DNA from: Chloroflexota bacterium
GTDB lineage: Bacteria; Chloroflexota; Anaerolineae; UBA4142
Assembly: GCA_016223105.1 (NCBI GenBank)
Contig: JACRPR010000009.1
Coordinates: 2,099-66,098 of the forward strand
Reading direction: 5' to 3'
Length of the DNA stretch: 64,000 nt
Position 1 is the first letter of the stretch; each line of letters starts with the position of its first letter. This document shows positions 18,019 to 26,701 of the stretch, piece after piece. The notes beneath the pieces were generated by a model that did no database searches, was not told the DNA's origin, and saw nothing but the letters and a program-made list of their open reading frames with translations. A program made the translations under genes and the position numbers.

Positions 18019-18803
18019 AACCGCAGTAGCCGGGAATGAAAAATTCCATTACTCGCGACGTACGCGCGCGAATGGACATCCCAGCGCGCGCCGGTCGGCG
18101 TCGTAATTTTGCCGCCCGCTTCTTCGACGATCAGCGCGGCGGCGGCGACATCCCAGGGCGCGAGCGAGAGATGCACGTAACCATCTACGCGTCCGGCGGC
18201 GACGTAACACAACGTCAGCGCCGCCGAGCCGAGCGCACGCCCGGTCATTGCGTCCATCAACATTGCGCTAAAAATTTTCGCGGTGCGCGCGCGAAGCGTT
18301 TCATCGCGCGACCATTCCGCGCCGATCACGGCATCAATAAATTTGCGCGTCGCGCTCGCGCGAATCGGCTTGCCGTTGAGAAACGCGCCGCGCCCGCGCT
18401 CCGCCGAGTACAATTCATCGAGCAGTGGATCGTACACCGCGCCGACGTGCACCGCGCCCGCGTGATACAGCGCGAGCGATGTGCAAAAGACCGGGACGCG
18501 GCGCGCGTAATTCGTCGTACCGTCGAGCGGATCGGCGATCCAAAGATAATCGCCGTTCGCGCCGCGCGCCTTGTCCCACAATTTTTCGCGCGTCGCCGCA
18601 GGGTCTTCTTCCGACAAGAAATGATCGCGCGGAAAACGCGCGTGAATGATTTCGCGCAAGGTGTGATCCGCCGCAAAATCCGCGTCGGTAACAATGTCGC
18701 GTTTGCCTTTCGATTTGACCGCGCGCGTCCCGTAAAATTTCGCGCGCAAAACTTTTCCCGCCGCGCGCGCCGCGCGAATTGCAAGTTCATAACGTTGAGT
18801 CAT
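18006..18803 (-). CDS. Inositol monophosphatase family protein
   Basis: WIADPLDGTTNY and WD..A motifs. Confidence 0.85.
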   Translation of the reverse strand: MTQRYELAIRAARAAGKVLRAKFYGTRAVKSKGKRDIVTDADFAADHTLREIIHARFPRDHFLSEEDPAATREKLWDKARGANGDYLWIADPLDGTTNYARRVPVFCTSLALYHAGAVHVGAVYDPLLDELYSAERGRGAFLNGKPIRASATRKFIDAVIGAEWSRDETLRARTAKIFSAMLMDAMTGRALGSAALTLCYVAAGRVDGYVHLSLAPWDVAAAALIVEEAGGKITTPTGARWDVHSRAYVASNGIFHSRLLRFCKS

Positions 18804-18815
18804 TCAGGTTCCTTT

Positions 18816-18875
18816 GTTGGATAGTTCGATAGTTGGTTAGTTGAATAGTTTACCAAACAACTATCCAACTATTTA
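18816..18875. repeat. Octamer array (GTTGGATA GTTCGATA GTTGGTTA GTTGAATA ...) with a short inverted arm
   Basis: Read directly. Confidence 0.8.
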
Positions 18876-20150
18876 GGGTATTTGTCCGAGCAAGCGATTC
18901 ACACGCGTCGTCGCGGTGTTGAGCGCGGTGGTGATGTCCGCGCCGGTTGCGACCGCGCGCCACATTTCCGCAATCGCCAGATCAATTTGCGCGGCGTGCT
19001 TGATGCTGGGAAGCGCGCGACCGATTGGTGCTGGGTTTCCAAATCCATCATTCAGTCGTTGCAGATTCGGATTCGTCGCGAGGTGCGGCGCGAGCAACGC
19101 GCGCGCGGAGAGACGCGTCGGGATCGAATTGGTCGCGCGCGCCCACCGCGCGATTTGTTCCGCCTGCGCGAGCCAGCGCGCGCATTGCCACGCCGCGCGC
19201 GCGCGTTCATCGCGCGTTTTGAAAATCGCGATGCTCGATCCCAGCAGTGCCACGACCGGTTTGCTCGGATCGTTTTGCGGCACCGGCGCGATGCTCCACT
19301 GAAAATGCGCGCCCGCGCGCGTCATCGCTTCGGTGATCGCCGCGAGGTGATCGGTCGTGTCGAACCAGAGCGCGACGTTGCCGTGCGCGAAATCGCTTCG
19401 CCCGATTTCGGAATTGTCCGCGAGATATGCCGCGCCGCCGCGCGCGAGCGCGGCAAGCATTTGCAATGTTTTGATCCCGGCATCATCGCCGAACTGCGCG
19501 TGCGTTTCGCTCGCGCCATTGCCGCCGCGACTGTAGAGCATCGCGTAAAACGTGAACGCATTCGCGGACATTGCCCAGCCGTGCGCGTTGCCCTTCGTCG
19601 TCGCGCGCGCGGCACTGCTGAACGCGTCCCAGGTGCGCGGCGGCGCATCGGCGCGCGCGGCTTTGAGCAAATCGGCGTTGTAGTACAGCGCGACCGCGCG
19701 CGTATCGAACGGAAACGCGACGAATTGATCGCGCACGCGTCCCGCGTCCAAACTGCCGGGCAGAAAATCGCCGCGTTCGCTTTCGAGTAAACCGATCCCA
19801 GGATCGGCGATGAACGCGTCGAGCGCGACGAGCGCATCCGCGCGCGCGAATTCCGCCAGCGTGCGCGAACTCGCGAGAATAAAATCGGGCGGTTGATTCA
19901 ACGCGATTGCCGCGACGGTTTGCCGCAATAATTCGTTCTCGCTCGATTTGGCTTCCGCGCGCACGCGAAGTGTTGGCTGAGTTTTGTTGAAATCGGCGAT
20001 CAGCGCGTTGAGTGTTTCCGCGTCCGCCTCGCGCGCGGCGTGCCAAAAAATGAGCGGCGTCGGCGCTGATTCAATCGGTTCGCCCGGCGCCGCGCTCGTG
20101 CAAGCCGCGAGCGCGAGCAAAAACGCGCTAATAAAAAATCGTGTGTGCAT
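18873..20150 (-). CDS. ABC transporter substrate-binding lipoprotein (family 1 solute-binding)
   Basis: Lipobox LALAAC; SBP-like length and composition. No adjacent permeases. Confidence 0.8.
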   Translation of the reverse strand: MHTRFFISAFLLALAACTSAAPGEPIESAPTPLIFWHAAREADAETLNALIADFNKTQPTLRVRAEAKSSENELLRQTVAAIALNQPPDFILASSRTLAEFARADALVALDAFIADPGIGLLESERGDFLPGSLDAGRVRDQFVAFPFDTRAVALYYNADLLKAARADAPPRTWDAFSSAARATTKGNAHGWAMSANAFTFYAMLYSRGGNGASETHAQFGDDAGIKTLQMLAALARGGAAYLADNSEIGRSDFAHGNVALWFDTTDHLAAITEAMTRAGAHFQWSIAPVPQNDPSKPVVALLGSSIAIFKTRDERARAAWQCARWLAQAEQIARWARATNSIPTRLSARALLAPHLATNPNLQRLNDGFGNPAPIGRALPSIKHAAQIDLAIAEMWRAVATGADITTALNTATTRVNRLLGQIP

Positions 20151-20313
20151 CGTCGGAGATTTCTCGCTTCGCTCTATGAAATTTTACACCGGCGCGTGCC
20201 CGTATATCCCAGGACGCAGTTCTTTGAGCCGGAGCAATAACCCCATCGGCGGCAACATGATCGCGACGCCCAAAAATCCAACCGCGCCCGGTGGAAAAAA
20301 ATTGGTTTACGCA

Positions 20314-21321
20314 TTAGCCGGCGGAATCCCGCGCGCCGCCAAATTCAACCCAATCGCCCAAGCCGCGTTCTTGCGCGCGCAAAAAAATGTGGTGCGCCGA
20401 CGCGACATCTTCAACCGCGAGCCCGAGCGATTTGAACAACGTGATTTCGTCCGACGCCACGCGCCCGGCGATGCGCCCCGCGAGAATTTCGCCGATCTCG
20501 CCGCGAATGTGCTCGTCGCCCAGCGCGCCTTCTTGTTTCGGAAACAGAAAATCGCCGGCTTCGTTCACTGTAGATTCGCGCCGATCCACAAACAAGCGCG
20601 ACTGGACGACCGCGCGCGTGTCGAGTTCGCGCGTCGCGCGGATGCTCGACCCGACTGCGTTGATGTGCGCGCCCGGCGCGATCCACTCGCCGCGCAAAAT
20701 CGGTTCGCGCGCGGCGGTAACGGTGCAAATAATGTCCGCGCCCGCGGCGGCTTGTTGCGCGGTCTCCATCACCTCGACGGCGATCGCGTGCTGGCGCGAT
20801 GCGTGCGCCGCGAACGCGCGCGCGTGATCGAGCGTGCGACTCCACACGCGCACGCGCCGAATCGATCGCGCGATCAACATCGCTTCGAGATGACCGTGCG
20901 CTTGCGTGCCCGATCCCAGGATCGCCAAATCGCCGGCATCGGGGCGCGCGAGCAATTTCGTCGCGACCGCGCTGACCGCCGATGTGCGAATCGCGGTGAT
21001 CGCGCTCGCGTCGTTGATCGAAAGCAGGCGTCCGTTTTGCATTTCAAACAGGAGCACCGCGCCTTGATGCGATTCGTACCCGGCGCTTTGATTGCCGGGA
21101 AAAACCGTGATGACTTTGATCCCCGCCGCCGCCGGATGCGCGAGATACGCGGGCATCATGCCAAGCACGTTGCCATCGCCGGGCAAGCGCAAGACCGAAC
21201 GTAACGGCTGAACCGCGTCGCCGCGCGCGAGCGCGGTCAGTGTTTGCTCCATCACCGCGATACATTCGCGCATCGGCAACAATTGCGCGACCGCGGATTG
21301 ATTGACAATCAATGTTTTCAT
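20314..21321 (-). CDS. Ornithine cyclodeaminase / mu-crystallin family protein
   Basis: LAILGSGTQA Rossmann motif; family-typical length. Confidence 0.85.
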   Translation of the reverse strand: MKTLIVNQSAVAQLLPMRECIAVMEQTLTALARGDAVQPLRSVLRLPGDGNVLGMMPAYLAHPAAAGIKVITVFPGNQSAGYESHQGAVLLFEMQNGRLLSINDASAITAIRTSAVSAVATKLLARPDAGDLAILGSGTQAHGHLEAMLIARSIRRVRVWSRTLDHARAFAAHASRQHAIAVEVMETAQQAAAGADIICTVTAAREPILRGEWIAPGAHINAVGSSIRATRELDTRAVVQSRLFVDRRESTVNEAGDFLFPKQEGALGDEHIRGEIGEILAGRIAGRVASDEITLFKSLGLAVEDVASAHHIFLRAQERGLGDWVEFGGARDSAG

Positions 21322-21500
21322 GCGCTTCCTTTCTGATAGAACATAACTTTCTAGTCACCCGGAGCAACGCGATTCAGTGGTGACGTTTGGCGCGAATCCT
21401 ATCGCCGATTTTACACTATCCGCGGTGATTTTACCACTGCCGATTTTTTAGTGTTAGCCCAAAGTATACCGTGCACGGTCACAAACTGAGGTTTTGCGCG

Positions 21501-21566
21501 AGACCCGGATTCGACGCTTTAGCGGGTTACCGGTCAGACAAACTACCGCGTAAACGCTCGACTCCA
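21501..21566. repeat. About 65-nt conserved hairpin element ('element C'), copy A
   Basis: Roughly 85 percent identical by eye to the reverse complement of 42668-42732. Confidence 0.7.
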
Positions 21567-21709
21567 AAAGCGCAATCAGTGACCGAGAGCAGTATACATC
21601 CTTGCTAGACCCAAATTGCAAACAAAAAACACCCGGTGCCGGCGCGGAGCGCGTGCCGACGTAGCGTGTTTCGTGAATCCCATACTTTGACGAACAAGCC
21701 ATGACGAAT

Positions 21710-21845
21710 CGTAAGCGTTCAGCCCCATCCGTCATTGCGAGCGGTTTTTGCGAAGCAATCCCCGACTTGGTCGATCCGGACTTGCAACGCGGAGATTGCT
21801 TCGTCGCAAAAACCGCTCCTCGCAATGACACCTGAACGGTTACGA
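21710..21845. mobile_element. About 134-bp MITE-like palindromic element with GTAAGCGTTCAG terminal inverted repeats
   Basis: The reverse complement differs from 56491-56623 by 2 substitutions and 1 indel (aligned by eye). Confidence 0.7.
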
Positions 21846-22001
21846 CGAATCAACCTGCGCCTCATTTGGTCAGGATGGAAGGTAGCGTCAATTGGCGGGG
21901 TCAAAGATAAGCGCGCAAGTACAGTATATCACATATAGCGCAAGTCCAAAAACGATTTGGCGAGATTCAATGCTTTGCCATCCATTTATTGGGCGGCAAC
22001 A

Positions 22002-23453
22002 TTATTTCGTTTCGACTGCGTAACCAAGCCAGCGTGTTTGATAGGGAGCCAAGATCACCGCGCGCGTCGCGTCAATCATTTCGCCGGTGAGTAAATCGCT
22101 CCACCATTTTGTCGTGCCAAATTCCGCGCGACTCAATTCAACCGCGCGCGTGTACGCGGCGACATTGTGCAAACACAACACCGCGTCGCCGCGCAAAATC
22201 GCGAACACGGATGGATCGAGATCGAGCACGCGTTGTGCGCCGAACGGATCGAACGCGAGATGCGCGGCGCGCGCGCGGAGCAACTGCGCGAGCCGCGTGA
22301 ACACGCGATTTTGCCGCGACGCCGGATCGCGCAACGTGTGTTCAAGCGCGCCGCGTTCCAATTTTTCGCGATTGATCGTCCGATTCTGTCCGGTCTGCGC
22401 GACGCCCGCGCGCCAGCTCCGCGAGCCGAACAAACTGTGAAAGTAAATTCCCGGCACGCCGACGAGCGACAACATGATTGCATGCGCGCAAACAAAACGA
22501 TCAACCTGAGTGTCGAGTGATTCAGTCGCGTTTGGATCGTTGAGCGCGTCGAAATAATTGATGTTGAGTTCGTACGGACTCGTCGTGCCGTCGGGGTTAT
22601 TTTTGTGCGATGCCGAACCGCCGTGTGCAAACGCGCGTTCCACCAGCACATCAATTTCAGCATCACGCAAAATGCCGCGGGCGGGATTCAACCCAATGCC
22701 ATCGTGCGACGCGAGAAAGTTGAAAAAGGTAACTCGCTTCGATGGCAAGGTCAATTCGCTCGCCCAGCGCGATAGGGGGCGCGCATCGCCGGTGTGAAAC
22801 GTGTGCAACGTTAGCGGCGGAAGCGCGAAATTGTACACCATTTGCGCTTCGTTCGCGCCGTCGCCAAAGTACGAAAGGTTATCCGCGTGCGGCACATTCG
22901 TCTCGGTAACCAGGATCACGCCCGGCGCGACCTCCTCCATCACCGCGCGGAACACTTGAATGACGCGATGCGTTTGCGGCAAATGCAAACACGTTGTGCC
23001 AAACGCTTTCCACAAAAACGCGATCGCATCGAGTCGAATCAGTTCCGCGCCGCGCGTGACGTAAAACAACAATGTCGCGATGATGTCGAGCAGAACGTCT
23101 GGGTTGCGAAAATTCAAATCAACCTGATCCGCGCTAAAGGTCGTCCACACATTTTGCGTACCGCGCGGCGTTTCGAATCGCGTCGTCAATGGAAGTGCGC
23201 GCGGGCGAATCACGCGCGCCACATCCGCGCCGTCGGGAACGACGACAAAGTAATCGCGATAACGGGGATCGTCGCGCAGAAATCCTTGAAACCACGCGCT
23301 CTGCGCGGAGATGTGGTTGACGACCGCATCGAACATCAATCGAAAATTTTCGCCGACGCGCGCGACATCATCCCAGGTGCCGAGCGCGGGATTGATCGCG
23401 CGATAATCAATCACTGAAAAACCGTCATCGGACGAGTACGGATAAAACGGCAA
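22002..23453 (-). CDS. GH13_18 sucrose/glucosylglycerate-phosphorylase-like protein lacking its N-terminal strand (probable pseudogene)
   Basis: HILPFYPYSSDDGFSVIDY, RLDA and ETN motifs fit sucrose-phosphorylase-type GH13. The N-terminal about 50 aa sit in another frame (23425..23622). Confidence 0.75.
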   Translation of the reverse strand: MPFYPYSSDDGFSVIDYRAINPALGTWDDVARVGENFRLMFDAVVNHISAQSAWFQGFLRDDPRYRDYFVVVPDGADVARVIRPRALPLTTRFETPRGTQNVWTTFSADQVDLNFRNPDVLLDIIATLLFYVTRGAELIRLDAIAFLWKAFGTTCLHLPQTHRVIQVFRAVMEEVAPGVILVTETNVPHADNLSYFGDGANEAQMVYNFALPPLTLHTFHTGDARPLSRWASELTLPSKRVTFFNFLASHDGIGLNPARGILRDAEIDVLVERAFAHGGSASHKNNPDGTTSPYELNINYFDALNDPNATESLDTQVDRFVCAHAIMLSLVGVPGIYFHSLFGSRSWRAGVAQTGQNRTINREKLERGALEHTLRDPASRQNRVFTRLAQLLRARAAHLAFDPFGAQRVLDLDPSVFAILRGDAVLCLHNVAAYTRAVELSRAEFGTTKWWSDLLTGEMIDATRAVILAPYQTRWLGYAVETK

Positions 23454-23622
23454 AATATGAATCGCGCTGACGAAGAATCGCGTCGCGCTGGGTCACGCGC
23501 GTGGGCGCGCGCGCCGGGATTTGCGCGCGCGCGGTTTCGATCAGCGCGCGCAAACGCGCAAAGGTCGCGCGACCAACGTCGTCGTCGTACAGTGCGCTGA
23601 GATGATCGAGCATCGCGTTCAC
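23425..23622 (-). pseudogene. Detached N-terminal fragment of the GH13_18 phosphorylase
   Basis: MNAMLDHLSALYDDD...TQRDAIL resembles the family N-terminus, then runs out of frame. Its ATG overlaps the GH36 stop (ATGA). Confidence 0.5.
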
Positions 23623-24740
23623 GGCAATCGCTCCGGCGCGACATCAAACGGTGCCGCGCTGACGAACAACAGCGCGCCATCGTGCGGCGCGAGCGTAACC
23701 GAGACCTTCGCGGTTTCCGCGCCAGCGACCTGGAAGGTCTGTTGATTGATCCAATCGTACCCAAATCGCGCGTTCGCGATGCCGAGCGCATCGAGCGCGT
23801 ACGTGCGTTGCACCGGCGCATCGCCGGTGTTGAAAATAAAAATTGCCACCTGATCGTCACCCTGAGCGGAGCGAAGGGTCTCGCTTGTTGCGCGGAGACG
23901 CTCTGCGTTCGCTCCGCTCAGAATGACAGACGGTACGCGCACCTGTACCAACACCGAATCGGCAACCGCTTGATGACGAACGCGGTGAGAATACAAATCG
24001 GCGGGCAAGCGTTCGTACGTGATCGGCGATTGACCCAGGAATGGAAACCGACACGTCGCGGAATTTGGATTGAGCAGTAATTTCCACAAGCGCAACCGTT
24101 CTGGCGATAATTCATCGAGCGCGTCGCTTGTCATCGTAACGCCGCCGGTCATCGCCGCGTACATCGCGAGCGAACGAATTTCGGATTCGGTAAGATGATG
24201 AAAACGTTCGCGCAGTAAAATGCAATCGGGATCCGTCTGCCACAAAATGCCGTTCGTAAAATTGCGCGTCGCTTGATCGCGCAAGAGCGATTGCGCGGAC
24301 AAATGTCCGCGCCACTCGACGCCGACATCGCTTCCGATGCGAACGGCATCCACCAAACCGACCGCCGCCCACAATGGACAGCCACAACCGAGCCAGGTCG
24401 CGTCGCCGATTTCCGCGCGAATCATTTCCGCGACGCGCCGCCAAATTTCGATGCGCGTCATTCCTTCCGTGTGCCAGCACGCGCGATCGGGTCCGTGCTC
24501 CGCGCCCCAGAACATGAAATCGGTTTTGAAATATTCGCAAACCCACTCGTGTCGCCACGTTCGAAACACGCGGCGCAGATATTCGAACGCGTCGGGATGC
24601 GTCGCGTCGAGAATGTAATACTCTTCGCTCCGTTTGTGCCAACGAAACTCGCCGTAAAATTTCCACTGTGCGAGCGGCGCGTCGCGCCATCGAGGAGCGG
24701 TTTCACACCGCGCGGAAATTGTGGCTTGACATCGAGCCAA
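23619..24740 (-). CDS. GH36 alpha-galactosidase-like, C-terminal portion (frameshifted fragment)
   Basis: YILDATHP, YFKTDFM (nucleophile region) and RIGSDV. Homology starts about 24686, in a different frame from the N-terminal part. Confidence 0.7.
   Translation of the reverse strand: MARCQATISARCETAPRWRDAPLAQWKFYGEFRWHKRSEEYYILDATHPDAFEYLRRVFRTWRHEWVCEYFKTDFMFWGAEHGPDRACWHTEGMTRIEIWRRVAEMIRAEIGDATWLGCGCPLWAAVGLVDAVRIGSDVGVEWRGHLSAQSLLRDQATRNFTNGILWQTDPDCILLRERFHHLTESEIRSLAMYAAMTGGVTMTSDALDELSPERLRLWKLLLNPNSATCRFPFLGQSPITYERLPADLYSHRVRHQAVADSVLVQVRVPSVILSGANAERLRATSETLRSAQGDDQVAIFIFNTGDAPVQRTYALDALGIANARFGYDWINQQTFQVAGAETAKVSVTLAPHDGALLFVSAAPFDVAPERLP
23856..23927. repeat. 72-nt hairpin element (GTCACCCTGAGCGGAGCGAAGGG...) inserted in-frame in the GH36 CDS
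   Basis: Imperfect palindrome read directly; 24 codons encoding VILSGANAERLRATSETLRSAQGD. Confidence 0.75.
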
Positions 24741-25597
24741 TCGCCCATCTCTGGCGCGATGCCATCGTCAATTTGAAACACGCGCATCGGCAAATTTTCT
24801 TGCCGCGCGATTTTTTCTACGCCGCGCAAATGCTCGAGGATATTTGCTTCATTCGCGGAACCGTACAGATTGTACCACGAACACCAACCGATGATCGGTT
24901 CGGATTGTCGCAGTGGCGCTTCGACTCCGCTCAGCATGCGCGATGCCCGCGCGACGATCTGCGCCCATTCGCGCAACGCGTCTTCGATTTCGGAATGCTC
25001 GAAAAGGACGAGGCGTTCGGATTCGCAACGCCCCGCGTGCGGTTTGCGATCCCACAAAGTTTGGATCGAGACCCGAAGGGTTTTCGAAAACCCTTCGGGT
25101 CTGATCGTGAAGGTGTGTTGAAACCGGTCGTGCCGATCAAAGCCGATGACGACACTCCCGGTTTTATCGCGCGGCAAGAGTTGGGTCATCGCAAACCCGG
25201 TTTCGGGACGCGCTTCGTACTCTTGAAAATCGCGCAGTGCTTCCGGCTCGACGTAGAAACTGCCGTCCCAACTCGTGTAGCCGTTTCGCAAATACGCGCG
25301 CAAATTTTCGACGCGCTGAAAACCTACGCCGAATGAATCGGGTGCGTCATTCAAGCCGGCGATCCAATAACGCAACCACGCGCGCGTTTCATTTTCACGC
25401 GCGAGTTCAACGCCAAACGTTGCCTCGCCGAGCGCGGGCGCGGTGAATTGCAATTCGATCCGCGTCGCGTCATTCGCGATGATCTCCGCGCGCGCGTCGT
25501 CGAGCGCGCCGCCGTTGAGGACGGGGCGCAGATCGCGCAGAGAAACCAGGTCGGATTCGATGGTGAGTGAATATTCGGAAGTTAGAATGAATTGCAT
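24458..25597 (-). CDS. GH36 alpha-galactosidase-like, N-terminal portion (frameshifted fragment)
   Basis: IGWCSWYNLYG and FQIDDG motifs. The meaningful sequence ends at KPLLDG (about 24686) and the rest of the ORF is out-of-frame read-through. Confidence 0.7.
   Translation of the reverse strand: MQFILTSEYSLTIESDLVSLRDLRPVLNGGALDDARAEIIANDATRIELQFTAPALGEATFGVELARENETRAWLRYWIAGLNDAPDSFGVGFQRVENLRAYLRNGYTSWDGSFYVEPEALRDFQEYEARPETGFAMTQLLPRDKTGSVVIGFDRHDRFQHTFTIRPEGFSKTLRVSIQTLWDRKPHAGRCESERLVLFEHSEIEDALREWAQIVARASRMLSGVEAPLRQSEPIIGWCSWYNLYGSANEANILEHLRGVEKIARQENLPMRVFQIDDGIAPEMGDWLDVKPQFPRGVKPLLDGATRRSHSGNFTASFVGTNGAKSITFSTRRIPTRSNICAACFERGDTSGFANISKPISCSGARSTDPIARAGTRKE
25070..25101. repeat. 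32-nt perfect palindrome GACCCGAAGGGTTT-TCGA-AAACCCTTCGGGTC inside the GH36 CDS
   Basis: Same arms as 1691-1722; encodes RPEGFSKTLRV. Confidence 0.85.
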
Positions 25598-25609
25598 AAA
25601 TCAAATTTT

Positions 25610-26608
25610 TTACAGTTGGATTTCCGCCCGCAGTTCCGCCGAACGCGCGGCGGCAAGTGCCAGGTCGAGCGTGCGCGCGCCCTCGCGCAGAGGCGTGTGC
25701 GTCGCGCCGTTCGTGCGAATCGCGTTGACCAGGTCGCGCAGTTGCAAAACAAAAACATCTTGTTCCGACGCAATGATTTCCGGCGCGCGATTCGGCGCAT
25801 CGGTCGGCGTGAACGTCGCGTGATTCCAGTCGGTAAATTCCGCAAGCAGATTTTGCGAAACGACGCGCCACTCCTTGATCCACTTGTTCGGGATCGCGCC
25901 ATTCGTCGCGTAAATCACGCCGAGCGCGCCACTTGCAAAACCAAACACGGTCGCGCTCACATCGTCCGACGTGTAGCCGTCCAGATCGCGATGAAAGAAA
26001 TTTGTTTGGCGGCTAAACACGTTGACCGGCTCGCCCATCAACACGCGCATCGCGTCGAACAAATGAATGACTTGTTCGACCAACTGCCCGCCCGATTGTT
26101 CGCGCGCGCGTTTCCAATCCGCGTGCGCCGAGTTGCAAAAATAGCGCGCACTGAACAAGCCCGCCGCGCCGCACGCGCCCGCGCCCACGCGCGCTTTGAA
26201 TTCTTGAATCGCCGCGCCAAAGCGGTACATAAACCCGACCTGGGTTTTGATCCCGACGCGTTCTGCCGCGTCCACCATTCGCCACGCGAGTTCCGAATTC
26301 AATGCGATCGGTTTTTCGACGAGCATATGGATGCCGCGTTCAGCGGCGCGCTCAACTTCGTCGTTATGCGCGAACGGTGGTAAGCAGATCAATGCCAGGT
26401 CAAGATGCGCGTGGTCGAACATCGCGCGATAATCGGTGAACGTCGCCGCGCGCCCCGCCGTGAATTGTTCCGCGAACGCGCGCGCTTTCGCTTCGGTGTG
26501 ATCGCACACCGCGACGAGTTCGATTTCATCATTCAATTGCGCGATGGTTTGCGCGTGTTTCTGCGCGATGCCGCCACAGCCCAAAATTCCGGTTCGTAGT
26601 TTGTTCAT
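25610..26608 (-). CDS. Gfo/Idh/MocA family oxidoreductase
   Basis: GILGCGGIAQKH Rossmann N-terminus. ATG 26608 is preferred because the listed ORF extends into the heptamer array. Confidence 0.85.
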   Translation of the reverse strand: MNKLRTGILGCGGIAQKHAQTIAQLNDEIELVAVCDHTEAKARAFAEQFTAGRAATFTDYRAMFDHAHLDLALICLPPFAHNDEVERAAERGIHMLVEKPIALNSELAWRMVDAAERVGIKTQVGFMYRFGAAIQEFKARVGAGACGAAGLFSARYFCNSAHADWKRAREQSGGQLVEQVIHLFDAMRVLMGEPVNVFSRQTNFFHRDLDGYTSDDVSATVFGFASGALGVIYATNGAIPNKWIKEWRVVSQNLLAEFTDWNHATFTPTDAPNRAPEIIASEQDVFVLQLRDLVNAIRTNGATHTPLREGARTLDLALAAARSAELRAEIQL

Positions 26609-26614
26609 TGTGTT

Positions 26615-26701
26615 TCTGGATGTTGGAAATTGGAAATTGGAAGTTGGATTGCGCGTGGCATCCAACTTCTAACCTCCAACGTCCAATCGCTAATCTCCAA
26701 A
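26615..26701. repeat. Heptamer-array hairpin ([A/G]TTGGA[A/T] x5 facing NTCCAA[C/T]-type x6)
   Basis: Read directly; contains the MDR gene stop codon. Confidence 0.85.

Noticed and set aside
20174-20314. A 46-aa ORF with five Cys (MRKPIFFHRARLDFWASRSCCRRWGYCSGSKNCVLGYTGTRRCKIS) whose ATG overlaps the cyclodeaminase stop (TAATG).
   Set aside because: The region contains a terminator-like hairpin plus T-run (ccaccgggcgcggttggattttt on the minus strand) right after the stop. The composition is Arg-rich, typical of off-frame GC-rich DNA, and there is no recognisable family. This is not supportable without conservation data.
21501-21566. Considered the GGATTCGACG...GCTTTAGC motif as a tmRNA (ssrA) gene.
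   Set aside because: There is no GGGG-type acceptor 5' end, no tRNA-like 3' domain or CCA-proximal T-arm, and no tag ORF. A second inverted copy at 42668 also argues for a repeat element.
26609-26665. PTSNFQ / LEVGSW / NYELRITNYEL-type peptides at ORF termini considered as signal peptides or repeat-protein domains.
   Set aside because: They are direct translations of the heptamer arrays in whichever frame is open. Downstream ATGs with SD sequences give family-typical N-termini.
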